Source: Candidatus Omnitrophota bacterium (GTDB lineage: Bacteria > Omnitrophota > Gorgyraeia > Zapsychrales > Fredricksoniimonadaceae). Taken from it: DNA of 64,000 bases. The notes beneath the pieces are model-generated. The model saw only the letters and a list, made by a program, of their open reading frames with translations. It was not told the origin of the DNA and ran no database searches. A program made the position numbers and the translations under genes. How positions within the stretch are numbered: position 1 is the stretch's first letter; every line of letters starts with the position of its first letter. Positions 27,573 through 36,306 of the stretch are shown piece after piece. The stretch spans positions 69,455 through 133,454 of the forward strand of contig PEAF01000001.1 in NCBI GenBank assembly GCA_002753465.1. The letters run 5' to 3'.

Positions 27573-28334
27573 TCACTTCAAATAAAAAGAAGGGGGTTGA
27601 TCGTTCTCAAGTGTATAGAGAACTACGTTGTCTACTTCAGGTCTGTTTTCGTAAACGGCTTCAAGGCGCCAAAAATACTTTCCTTTTCTTAATCCAGTGG
27701 TCGCTAATTCAACGGTATCGCCTTCTGTTTTAAGCAAGGCAACACGCCTCCTTAAATCAGGGACATGCGCAAGCGTTTTGTAAACACTGACAAAATACCG
27801 CTTAACATTTGGGATCGGAACCCAATGGAAAATGATCTTATTTTCAGTTATTATCGTCTGGTCTTGAGGGGTGATCTTTGTGTCATCGAAATAGGATATT
27901 TTTTCTTGAGTCACGTCAAAGCTCGGGATGATGAAATCAGTAGCCGATGCCAGGACATTATTTTCCATATCCATGAAATCAAACCGGTATTCTCCAAGGA
28001 AACCGTAATCAGCATATGATTGCATGACGGAAAAAGGCAAAATACTGAACATGAACGTATTTTCATATCCGTCAACATGATATATGACAGGAAGGTCGAA
28101 CTTCTGTCCTGAGGGGGTCGTCATTATGACTTTATATTCCAACTCATCCATACCCGGGTCCATGTGAACCAGGACGTCGGCCGCAAGCATTAAATCCTTT
28201 CTGCTTTTTATCAGATATGCGCCGCGATCAGCTTCAATGTCTATCTCAGGCTTAGCAAGCACTGCAGGCATGAGTTGTATGTTAATCCCGGATAAAACGA
28301 GTAACAAAATCAGAATTTTATTCATATGATTCAT
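27573..28334 (-). CDS. Secreted hypothetical protein (about 253 aa)
   Basis: The signal peptide MNHMNKILILLLVLSGINIQLMPAVLAKP begins at the internal Met 28334; the track start at 28418 would overlap glgE. I recognise no family. The composition is beta-rich, and the C-terminal part (KYFWRLEAVYENRP) looks like an Ig/FN3-like sandwich. Confidence 0.55.
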   Translation of the reverse strand: MNHMNKILILLLVLSGINIQLMPAVLAKPEIDIEADRGAYLIKSRKDLMLAADVLVHMDPGMDELEYKVIMTTPSGQKFDLPVIYHVDGYENTFMFSILPFSVMQSYADYGFLGEYRFDFMDMENNVLASATDFIIPSFDVTQEKISYFDDTKITPQDQTIITENKIIFHWVPIPNVKRYFVSVYKTLAHVPDLRRRVALLKTEGDTVELATTGLRKGKYFWRLEAVYENRPEVDNVVLYTLENDQPPSFYLK

Positions 28335-28356
28335 ATTTAAGAAAGTCTTTTCTGTT

Positions 28357-30393
28357 TCAACTGATTTCCTGATTGATCCGTATGACCTGAACAGGAGAGC
28401 TATTGGGGTCCAATTCAATAAAGACGCTCGCTCCGTTCCAGGAGAAATGTTCGCCGCGTATTAATTCCTTCGCCGCGCAAACACGCTCTTGATTGAATCC
28501 AAATTCATGCCAAGGGATCTCAAGCCAGCCAGTCTGTGTATGATGCGGGTCAAGGTTGACGACGATGATCAGGATATTGGAAAGATCATCCGTTGCTTTG
28601 TAATAGGCTAGGATCTGTTCATTCGAGATCTTGGCGAAACGGATATTACGGGTCTGCTGTAAGGCAGGATTTTCTTTGCGGATACGGTTTAAGACCGCGA
28701 TGAAATCCTTAATATTGCCCTCCCGATCCCAATCCCACTGCTTAATCTCATATTTTTCATTGTCATTATATTCTTCTTTGCCCGGGAAAGGCTCTGTCAG
28801 GCAAAGTTCGAAGGCAGGCCCGTAAATGCCCCAGTTCGATGACATCGTGGCCGCCAAAGCGGCACGCATCATAAAAGAGGCCCTGACACCGTGCTGAAGG
28901 TGTTCGGCAAGGATATCCGGCGTATTCGGCCAGAAGTTGGGGCGGAAGAATTCTGCCACATTGGTCTGAGAGAGTTCAGTCAGGTACTCTTCAAATTCCT
29001 TCTTGGTATTACGCCACGTAAAGTAGGTGTATGATTGCGAAAAGCCGCCTTTGGCAAGGCGGTACATGATCTTAGGCCGCGTGAAAGCTTCAGCCAGAAA
29101 GATCGCATCCGGGTATTCTTTTTTAACGCCGGCGATCAGCCAGTCCCAAAGAAGGAACGGTTTTGTATGGGGGTTATCCACGCGGAAGATCCTTACCCCC
29201 TGGCTCGCCCAGAAAATAAAGATACTTTTTAACTCTTCCCACAAATTCTGCCAGTCAGGTGTATCAAAATTGAAAGGCAGGACATCTTCATATTTTTTGG
29301 GCGGATTCTCAGCATACTGAACGGTCCCGTCAGGGCGCCATTTAAACCACTGGGGATGATCTTTGACATAAGAATGGTCCGGTGAGCATTGGAAAGCGAT
29401 ATCCAGTGCCACTTCCATCTTAAGGGCACGGGCTTGGCTGATGAATGATTTGAAATCATCCATGGTCCCCAGCTCAGGATGAATGCTCTTATGCCCGCCT
29501 GCTGCCCCGCCGATGGCCCATGGGCAACCGGGATCAACCGGCGTGCAAGTTTTAGAGTTGTTTTTTCCTTTACGATGTTTCTGTCCGATGGGGTGAATAG
29601 GCGGCAGATAAATGACATCAAATCCCATACGGGCAATTTCAGGCAGGATCCTTTCACAGTCTTTAAAAGTTCCGTGTTGGCCGGGTATTGCGCTCCAGGA
29701 ACGCGGGAAAAGTTCGTACCAGCTGCTGAAAAGTGATCGGACACGGTCCACTTCAACGTTGACGGCAGGATTGAACGTAACGCTCTTAATCACGTCCATG
29801 TTCGCTTCCATGATCGCTAAAAGTTCATTTGAAACGGCAACGGCCATGGCTGCTTCGATATCCTGATGCTTTTCAAGGATGGCGGCCCACGCGGTCAACT
29901 TCTGCGCTTCAACCGGTAAACAGCGCAAGGCTGTTTCATTGATCATGCGCGCGCCGATCTGAAGATCAACGGCTATATTCACGCCGGAGGCGATCTTCTT
30001 TTTCAGATCAGTCTGCCATGTTGTGAATTCACTGGCGTACCCGCGAACAGTGAAAATATAATCTTTTTCTGTGGCGATTGTGAAGGAGCCTTCCCAGGCA
30101 TCATTGTGAAGGAACTTCATACGCATTTCCTGCCAGTCGCGGGTTTCCGCGTCCTTGAAAAGGAGAAATGCAAGCACTTGATCATGTCCATCGGTGAAGA
30201 CATCGGCACGGACCACGACCTGCTCACCTGTGACACGCTTGACCGGGAAATTGCCCTTGTCGACTGTCGGGGTTACATTTTCAATAATGATCCGGGCATT
30301 GCTTACGGCCACGGGGCTATTTAAGGTTTGATTAGACTGCATTTTATTAACATCTTTAGCAGGCTTCTCTTTAATCTTTTGGATTTTTGACAT
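28357..30393 (-). CDS. glgE: Alpha-1,4-glucan:maltose-1-phosphate maltosyltransferase GlgE (GH13_3)
   Basis: Diagnostic blocks are FDVIYLPPIHPIG, NNSKTCTPVDPGCPWAIGG, HPELGTMDDF, GVRIFRVDNPHTKP, IFLAEAFTRPKIMYRLAKGGFSQSYTYFTWRNTK and FFRPNFWPNTPDIL. Confidence 0.9.
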   Translation of the reverse strand: MSKIQKIKEKPAKDVNKMQSNQTLNSPVAVSNARIIIENVTPTVDKGNFPVKRVTGEQVVVRADVFTDGHDQVLAFLLFKDAETRDWQEMRMKFLHNDAWEGSFTIATEKDYIFTVRGYASEFTTWQTDLKKKIASGVNIAVDLQIGARMINETALRCLPVEAQKLTAWAAILEKHQDIEAAMAVAVSNELLAIMEANMDVIKSVTFNPAVNVEVDRVRSLFSSWYELFPRSWSAIPGQHGTFKDCERILPEIARMGFDVIYLPPIHPIGQKHRKGKNNSKTCTPVDPGCPWAIGGAAGGHKSIHPELGTMDDFKSFISQARALKMEVALDIAFQCSPDHSYVKDHPQWFKWRPDGTVQYAENPPKKYEDVLPFNFDTPDWQNLWEELKSIFIFWASQGVRIFRVDNPHTKPFLLWDWLIAGVKKEYPDAIFLAEAFTRPKIMYRLAKGGFSQSYTYFTWRNTKKEFEEYLTELSQTNVAEFFRPNFWPNTPDILAEHLQHGVRASFMMRAALAATMSSNWGIYGPAFELCLTEPFPGKEEYNDNEKYEIKQWDWDREGNIKDFIAVLNRIRKENPALQQTRNIRFAKISNEQILAYYKATDDLSNILIIVVNLDPHHTQTGWLEIPWHEFGFNQERVCAAKELIRGEHFSWNGASVFIELDPNSSPVQVIRINQEIS

Positions 30394-30500
30394 AAAGATC
30401 CTTTGAATTGAAATAAATTACTAAATGAATATTTTACTTTATCATATAATTTTGAAATTATTTAACAAAGAATACACTAAAAAATGTATTATATTTGCAA

Positions 30501-31709
30501 ATGAAGATAATTTTTCTTACCAATGAGTATCCCCCTGCCATTTATGGTGGCGCCGGCATTCACGTGGATTATCTGAGCCGTGAACTGGCCAAGCTTTGCC
30601 ATGTCGACGTGCGCTGTTTTGGGGATCAACGTTCAGAAAATGATTCCCTTAGTGTTAAGGGTTTCAATGCCGATACGCCTAATTATTCGGCGCCGCAACC
30701 GTTGCGGTCGGTGTTTACCGCGGTACAACGCTGCCTGGATTTCAATACTACCCATATCGACGCTGACCTGGTTCATTGCCATACCTGGTATACCCATTTG
30801 GGCGGGATCATGGCCAAAAAGAATTATTCGATCCCGTTGGTCATTACGACCCACTCGTTGGAGCCTCTGCGTCCCTGGAAACGTGAACAATTGGCCGGCG
30901 GATATGATTTTAGCTGTTGGGTTGAAAAAACTGCCGTTGAAATGGCTGATGCGGTCATTGCTGTTTCCGAGGATACGAAAAACGATATCCTGCGCCACTT
31001 TAATGTTGCGCCTGAGAAGATCCATATTATTCATAACGGCATCGATCTTGATGAGTACCGTCACACAAAAAACCCAGATCTGTTAAAAGCCCGTGGCATT
31101 GACACGACGCAGCCATATGTTCTTTTTGTCGGTCGCATTACCCGACAAAAAGGCATTGTTCATCTTATTAATGCGATCGAGCATATGGATCATGGATTTC
31201 AAATTGTTCTGTGCGCAGGCGCCCCTGATACGCCGGAGATCGCCGCTGAAATGAAAGAACGTTTAAGCGCTATCCAAAAAAAACGCAGCGGTATTATCTG
31301 GATCCAGGAAATGGTAGATATCCCGACTAAAGTTGCGCTTTATTCACATGCGGCCGTATTTTGCTGCCCATCGGTCTATGAACCGTTCGGGATCATTAAT
31401 CTTGAGGCTATGGCCTGCGAAACACCAGTTGTCGCGAGTGCTGTCGGCGGCATCAAGGAAGTTGTTGAGGATGGCAAGACAGGGTTTCTTGTTCCTGTCG
31501 CCTTCAAGGATCTGGGTTCCTACGAACCGGCTGATCCAAAACAATTCAGCCGTGACCTTGCCGAGAAGATCAATGTCCTTATAAAAGATCCGGCTTTATG
31601 CCATCAGATGGGCCAGGCCGGTCGACGCCGAGCGGTTGATCATTTCTCCTGGTCCGCGATCGCCGCCAAGACACATTCACTTTATAAATCGTTGATCAAA
31701 GTCCAATAA
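30501..31709 (+). CDS. glgM: GT4 glycogen synthase of the actinobacterial GlgA/GlgM type (putative alpha-maltose-1-phosphate synthase)
   Basis: MKIIFLTNEYPPAIYGGAGIHVDYLSRELA closely parallels the GlgM (Rv1212c-type) N-terminus. VGRITRQKG and EPFGIINLEAMACETPVVASAVGGIKEVV form the GT4 core. I prefer ATG 30501 to the track's TTG at 30495. Confidence 0.75.
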   Translation: MKIIFLTNEYPPAIYGGAGIHVDYLSRELAKLCHVDVRCFGDQRSENDSLSVKGFNADTPNYSAPQPLRSVFTAVQRCLDFNTTHIDADLVHCHTWYTHLGGIMAKKNYSIPLVITTHSLEPLRPWKREQLAGGYDFSCWVEKTAVEMADAVIAVSEDTKNDILRHFNVAPEKIHIIHNGIDLDEYRHTKNPDLLKARGIDTTQPYVLFVGRITRQKGIVHLINAIEHMDHGFQIVLCAGAPDTPEIAAEMKERLSAIQKKRSGIIWIQEMVDIPTKVALYSHAAVFCCPSVYEPFGIINLEAMACETPVVASAVGGIKEVVEDGKTGFLVPVAFKDLGSYEPADPKQFSRDLAEKINVLIKDPALCHQMGQAGRRRAVDHFSWSAIAAKTHSLYKSLIKVQ

Positions 31710-31728
31710 CCAAGAGTCATTTGAATCA

Positions 31729-32493
31729 TTATTCTCGGTAAGTTGCGACGCAGTAGAGTGCTCCTACAAAAATAGCCCCGCCAATGATATTCCCTGCCGT
31801 AACGTAGAAAAGATTCCGCATGTAACCGAACCACGTCACGGTATCTCCGTGGGGCGATAAAAGCGAAAGGGCCATCAGTGTCATGTTGGCAATGCTATGC
31901 TCATAGCCGCAGGCGATGAACGCAAAAAGACACCAGAAGATCAGGACGCATTTGCTGATATCATCTTTGGCCCTTCCTGCTGTCCATAAGGCGAGGCAAA
32001 CCAGCCAGTTGCACAGCACACCCCTGAGGAAAAGCTCACTGGCTGGCATGGTCATTTTTGTTGCGGTTACAGTGTTAAGGAAAACGGCGGCATGCTTTAC
32101 AGCGCCCGAATTGACGACCATCCATGCCAGCATAAGGGACCCGATCAGATTCCCTATCCATGAAAGGGCCCATATGCGGCTTAAGTCCAGCCAGGTTGTT
32201 TGACGTTTTAAGAGACCGATCGTCATGTACATGTTGTTCCCGGTAAAAAGCTCAGAGCCGGCGAAAACAACCAAGGTCAGGGCTATGCCGAAAGAGATAC
32301 CCATCAGGGTCTTTAGAAAGATCGAATGCTCTCCTGCCAGTGGGGCTCCGATAGAGAAAATAAGGACGATGCCTAGTCCTACATAGGCGCCGGCAAGGAG
32401 TGAAGCGACAAGGTATGCCAAGGGTGAGCGATTGAGATAGCTGATCTTAGCTTTGGCTAAATTAGCGGCATTGTTGACAGATTCAAGGTACAT
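31729..32493 (-). CDS. Formate/nitrite transporter (FNT) family channel, probably a hydrosulfide/nitrite channel linked to asrABC
   Basis: A six-TM FNT pattern (FAGSELFTGNN, CNWLVCLALW, GYEHSIANM, GNIIGGAIFVG), located directly downstream of asrC. Confidence 0.8.
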   Translation of the reverse strand: MYLESVNNAANLAKAKISYLNRSPLAYLVASLLAGAYVGLGIVLIFSIGAPLAGEHSIFLKTLMGISFGIALTLVVFAGSELFTGNNMYMTIGLLKRQTTWLDLSRIWALSWIGNLIGSLMLAWMVVNSGAVKHAAVFLNTVTATKMTMPASELFLRGVLCNWLVCLALWTAGRAKDDISKCVLIFWCLFAFIACGYEHSIANMTLMALSLLSPHGDTVTWFGYMRNLFYVTAGNIIGGAIFVGALYCVATYRE

Positions 32494-32519
32494 AAAGGTC
32501 CTTTAGAAATTTTCCTACG

Positions 32520-33491
32520 TTATGGTCGAATGCGGTAATGATAGCCCTGGTTTACAGGTAACTGGACCACAGCTTCCGGGTTGAGCGTTATTCCCTCAAG
32601 GATCTCTTGGGTGAAGATATCATAACCGACGCGGTCAATGATGTAGCCGACATGCTCTTTATCCATTGTCCGGTTAATGTGGTTTCCGATAAATGTGTAG
32701 AGGTTCTTGCAGATGGTAAGGACCGTTGTTTCATCTGCACCGCTTATGAAGGTGTCAGCCAGGCGCGGATTGCGCTTCCCTGTTCTTCCTCCGACGATAA
32801 TACGATAAAGGGTTGTTCCACGCGTTAAGGCCGCTACAGGGCATTTCAGGATGCATTCCCCGCAACGAATGCAGTAGGATTCATCCATGGCTCGGGCATG
32901 ATCTTCCATGTAAAGGCAGTTGGTGACCCGGTTGTGGCAGGTATCAACGCAGGCTTCACATCCGATGCAGCGATTTTTCTCAAAAGCCGGAATGACATTG
33001 CCGATGATGCCGATATCATTCATATGCGCCTTGATACAGTCATTGGGGCAACCGGTAAGCGCTATTTTGACATGGTAGTCGTTAGGGTAAATGGACTTCT
33101 CGATCTTTTGCGCCAGCGCGGTCGTATCAAAATTGGCGAAAGGACAGACACGATTGCCGATACAGGCAGAAATGTTGCGCGCGCCAGCGGCGGGATAGCC
33201 CTGTTCAGGCGAGGTTAAGGTTAAACCACATTCCTGCTCGATCGCCGTTAACATGCCTGAAACTGCTTGATTGACGGCTGGCATGTCTTTTAACTGGATG
33301 CCGGGGATCTCATAGCCCTGGCGGATCGTGATATGGACTGAACCGTTGCCAAAGTTTTCGGCGATATGCTGGATCACGGCCAGATGTTTTGCTTGAAGAT
33401 GCCCGCCGGGGACGCGTATGCGCAGGGCAGTCTCTCCCCGTGTCTTGGTGATGCGAAAGGCGTTTTTCCTGACCGCTTTGACGTCGAACAT
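32520..33491 (-). CDS. asrC: Anaerobic sulfite reductase subunit C (siroheme/4Fe-4S)
   Basis: LRIRVPGGHL, a nitrite/sulfite reductase ferredoxin-like half-domain, CPNDCIKAH, and two ferredoxin motifs (CIGCEACVDTC, CIRCGECILKCP). Confidence 0.85.
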   Translation of the reverse strand: MFDVKAVRKNAFRITKTRGETALRIRVPGGHLQAKHLAVIQHIAENFGNGSVHITIRQGYEIPGIQLKDMPAVNQAVSGMLTAIEQECGLTLTSPEQGYPAAGARNISACIGNRVCPFANFDTTALAQKIEKSIYPNDYHVKIALTGCPNDCIKAHMNDIGIIGNVIPAFEKNRCIGCEACVDTCHNRVTNCLYMEDHARAMDESYCIRCGECILKCPVAALTRGTTLYRIIVGGRTGKRNPRLADTFISGADETTVLTICKNLYTFIGNHINRTMDKEHVGYIIDRVGYDIFTQEILEGITLNPEAVVQLPVNQGYHYRIRP

Positions 33492-33501
33492 GCGCGCTCC
33501 T

Positions 33502-34314
33502 CTAATCGATCATATCTTTGGCTTGTTGATAATTAAAGACAGGGCCGTCATTACAGATATATTTGTCATTGATACGGCAGTGGCCGCATTTACCGACGCC
33601 GCATTTCATATGGCGTTCGAATGAAAGCCATATGTTCTGTTCCTGAAGGCCGTGTGACAAAAGTTCTTTAACACAGTTCTCCATCATCCTCGGTGGGCCG
33701 ACCACGATAGCGCGTGAATCCGGGTTCAGGAGGCTGAGGTCCTTAATATAGTTCGTTACAAAGCCGATCTTGCCTTTCCAGGCATCAGCAGGGTCCTCAT
33801 TGGTATCAACGCTCATGACGATATTACAACGTGTGGCCCAGTCTTCCCATATTTTCAGATCTTCTTTAAAAAGGATATGTTTGGGAGAACGGAAACCGAC
33901 AATAATATCCAAATGGCGTAAGGAGCAGGTGTTTTCAGTATGGTAATAGTTAACGATGGCCTTGATCGCGGCAACCGCCGAACCTCCGGCAATGACAATG
34001 AGGTGCTTGCCGAAGAAGTCCGCGATCGGGAATGTATTGCCGTAGGGTCCGCGTACGCCGATGGTATCCCCGATATTCTTTTCAAAGAGAGCCGCCGTCA
34101 CTTCTCCGGCCTTACGGACCGTGATCTCAACTATTTCGCCGTAGAAACCGCTGACAGAAATAGGGACTTCCCCTTCGCCGGGGATAGAAACAATGATGAA
34201 CTTGCCGGGTGCACTGGCGGCCGGGTAAGCCAGGCGAAAGGCCCATTCCAGCGTATTGTGTTTAATGATATCAACGATCTTCGTCGGCGTTGAAGCATAG
34301 ATATTAAGCGGCAT
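33502..34314 (-). CDS. asrB: Anaerobic sulfite reductase subunit B (FAD/NAD-binding, 2Fe-2S)
   Basis: A PyrK/AsrB-like pattern: RGPYGN, LIVIAGGSAVAA, and the C-terminal MKCGVGKCGHCRI cluster. Confidence 0.85.
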   Translation of the reverse strand: MPLNIYASTPTKIVDIIKHNTLEWAFRLAYPAASAPGKFIIVSIPGEGEVPISVSGFYGEIVEITVRKAGEVTAALFEKNIGDTIGVRGPYGNTFPIADFFGKHLIVIAGGSAVAAIKAIVNYYHTENTCSLRHLDIIVGFRSPKHILFKEDLKIWEDWATRCNIVMSVDTNEDPADAWKGKIGFVTNYIKDLSLLNPDSRAIVVGPPRMMENCVKELLSHGLQEQNIWLSFERHMKCGVGKCGHCRINDKYICNDGPVFNYQQAKDMID

Positions 34315-35323
34315 GGTCAGTACTTTCTTTCAAGACGGCATTCATTTTATCGATCGAGCGGAACATGCTGATATACTCCGGACAGACCAGGTCGCATCGG
34401 CCGCAACCGATGCACATTTGTTTGCCCGTTCTTTTTTTGAAATCATTGATTTTGTGCAGGACTTTGTAGCGCATGCGTTCGCCGTTCTTGGTGCGAAAGT
34501 CATGGTTACCGGCAAGGACGGAGAACTTTTTGACATGACAGGCCGACCATATCCTTTGGCGCTCATCCCCTGCTTTTGTCTTTACGTCCCAGATAGAAAA
34601 ACAGGTACATGTCGGACAGGATGTGTTGCAGCGGCCACAGGCAATGCAACGGCGTGAATATTCTTTCCACATGTCATGGTTAAAAATGGTGTTATTGATC
34701 TTTTCAGGGACTGTAACCTGTCGGTGATTGAATGGAACAGGCTTGGGGTTTTCTACCGGAACCTGCTCAAACGGAAAAGCCGAAAGCATTTGGCTATCAC
34801 GTACAAGCCATTCATGGGTATGGCCTTTAGGCCGGATGAACGCGGCGTAATGGTCAGTCTGTGCTGTCCCCATGCTCAGGCAATAACAGTGCTCGAAAGG
34901 TTGAGGGCATTCAAGAAGGACGATCTTCATCTTTGAACGGCGGCGCTGATAATAAATGTCAGGCTGAGTGCCAGAAAGATAGTGCGCATCCATGACCTCG
35001 AGTGCATGAACATCACATGCACGTAGGAATAAAAGCCATGGTTTTCCGGCGTAGGGTGACTCCGTAAGGCCATTACCATCGACTTTGAACATGGTCTCAC
35101 GTACGGGAAACAGGGCTTCTTTAGGAGAAAAGAACGTCTGTTGTGACAAGAATATCTCATCAAAGCTGGCGGGTTCACCGTAGGTGGTTATATCCTGCTC
35201 TGAAAATCGGCTGCCTTTCCTTTTTATTACTGGCGCCCATAAGTGAAAAGCTTCAGACAAGTTGTTAAATACTTGTGTGGATTGTTCAGCGGAAAGATTG
35301 AATGAGTGTGTTGTTTCTGGCAT
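34304..35323 (-). CDS. asrA: Anaerobic sulfite reductase subunit A (4Fe-4S)
   Basis: CIACGRCNTSCPTCTC and CIGCGRCDLVCP ferredoxin motifs. Position and overlap with asrB match the asrABC order. Confidence 0.8.
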   Translation of the reverse strand: MPETTHSFNLSAEQSTQVFNNLSEAFHLWAPVIKRKGSRFSEQDITTYGEPASFDEIFLSQQTFFSPKEALFPVRETMFKVDGNGLTESPYAGKPWLLFLRACDVHALEVMDAHYLSGTQPDIYYQRRRSKMKIVLLECPQPFEHCYCLSMGTAQTDHYAAFIRPKGHTHEWLVRDSQMLSAFPFEQVPVENPKPVPFNHRQVTVPEKINNTIFNHDMWKEYSRRCIACGRCNTSCPTCTCFSIWDVKTKAGDERQRIWSACHVKKFSVLAGNHDFRTKNGERMRYKVLHKINDFKKRTGKQMCIGCGRCDLVCPEYISMFRSIDKMNAVLKESTDHAA

Positions 35324-35325
35324 GG

Positions 35326-35862
35326 TCAGTGTTTCATGAGATCGACGTAGAGTTCTTTGTATTTTTCATGGAGCAGGTTTTGGTCAAATTGTATGAATTC
35401 ATTTAACATGGTTTCCATTTCAGTTTCGCTGAAATACTTCATACATGGGAAAAAGAATGATTTTTCTTCACGTTCGATGTGTTTGGGATAGAAGATCGCC
35501 AGGTTTTCCATGAAGCGCGCTATATCAGCCATGGCGGATTGATCGCCTTTTTGGTATTTTTGGGTTGCTTCCTCTATTTTTGCCACAGTTTGACGGCTCA
35601 TCACGTGCTGCTCTTCAAGCTCGCGCATAGTTTTCTCAAGGTCAGCTGTGAGTGGCTTCTTGGCCAGTTCCCGGAAAAGTATGCCTTCTTCTTTGCCGTG
35701 ATGGCAGCGGTCCGTGTAGGTGCGGATAAAATCAATAGCGCGTTCAATGAAAAGAACGTCAACGGCACCTCCCGCCTTGATACGTTGGGCGTCTTTACCG
35801 ATAACGCCGATCACTTTTTCGATCAGACGGTGTTCTACCATTAATGATCCTGCGACTTGCAT
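35326..35862 (-). CDS. Hemerythrin (HHE cation-binding) domain protein
   Basis: MVEHRLIEKV...CHHGKEEGILF...EEQHV...HIEREEK gives the repeated H/E ligand pattern. Start is set at the internal Met 35862, since the track start at 35931 would overlap the cupin gene. Confidence 0.7.
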   Translation of the reverse strand: MQVAGSLMVEHRLIEKVIGVIGKDAQRIKAGGAVDVLFIERAIDFIRTYTDRCHHGKEEGILFRELAKKPLTADLEKTMRELEEQHVMSRQTVAKIEEATQKYQKGDQSAMADIARFMENLAIFYPKHIEREEKSFFFPCMKYFSETEMETMLNEFIQFDQNLLHEKYKELYVDLMKH

Positions 35863-35881
35863 AGGCGTCCTTTGTGGTCCG

Positions 35882-36205
35882 TTATTTCTTTTCTGCGCCG
35901 GAAAGGCTAAGCAAAAAAGCCAGGTCTTCATCAGCGCTCAGTGAATGGGGTGCGTTCTTCGGCATAAAGATCAAAACACCGGGCACCATTTTGATCGACT
36001 CTCCGTCAAGGATGAACGTCCCGGTGCCCTTAAGGGTTGTGACGACGCCCTCGCGTGTGGATGTGTGTTCTGAAATATCAGAACCTTTAGCCAGGCACAT
36101 CAGCGTATGGTTGGAAGTTTCGCCCTTGGCAATAACCTTGCTGAAAACGCCTTCACGCGGAAATTCCATGATCTCAAACAGATTGCGATGTAATGACGGG
36201 GCCAT
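35882..36205 (-). CDS. Cupin domain protein (107 aa)
   Basis: EHTSTREGVVTTLKGTGTFILDGESIKMVPGVLIFMPKNAPHSL follows the cupin two-motif pattern. Confidence 0.7.
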   Translation of the reverse strand: MAPSLHRNLFEIMEFPREGVFSKVIAKGETSNHTLMCLAKGSDISEHTSTREGVVTTLKGTGTFILDGESIKMVPGVLIFMPKNAPHSLSADEDLAFLLSLSGAEKK

Positions 36206-36306
36206 ATTATTCCTTATTTTTTGTTTTCTTACATTATACCTGTTAATACGTTTTAAGACTAAATTATCAGGATAATGGGAGTGTGCCTGGTAAGGGTAAG
36301 ACTTCC
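36206..36306 (-). promoter_or_regulatory. Putative sigma70-type promoter for the cupin-hemerythrin-asrABC-FNT operon
   Basis: A perfect TATAAT occupies minus-strand 36233-36238 within AGGTATAAT, with an AAGGA SD before ATG 36205. The -35 is weak. Confidence 0.3.

Noticed and set aside
30580-31086. 168-aa plus-strand and 143-aa minus-strand ORFs overlapping the glgM-type gene.
   Set aside because: These are alternative-frame or antisense shadows of a gene with clear GT4 motifs, and their sequences are Arg/Trp/Ile-rich nonsense.
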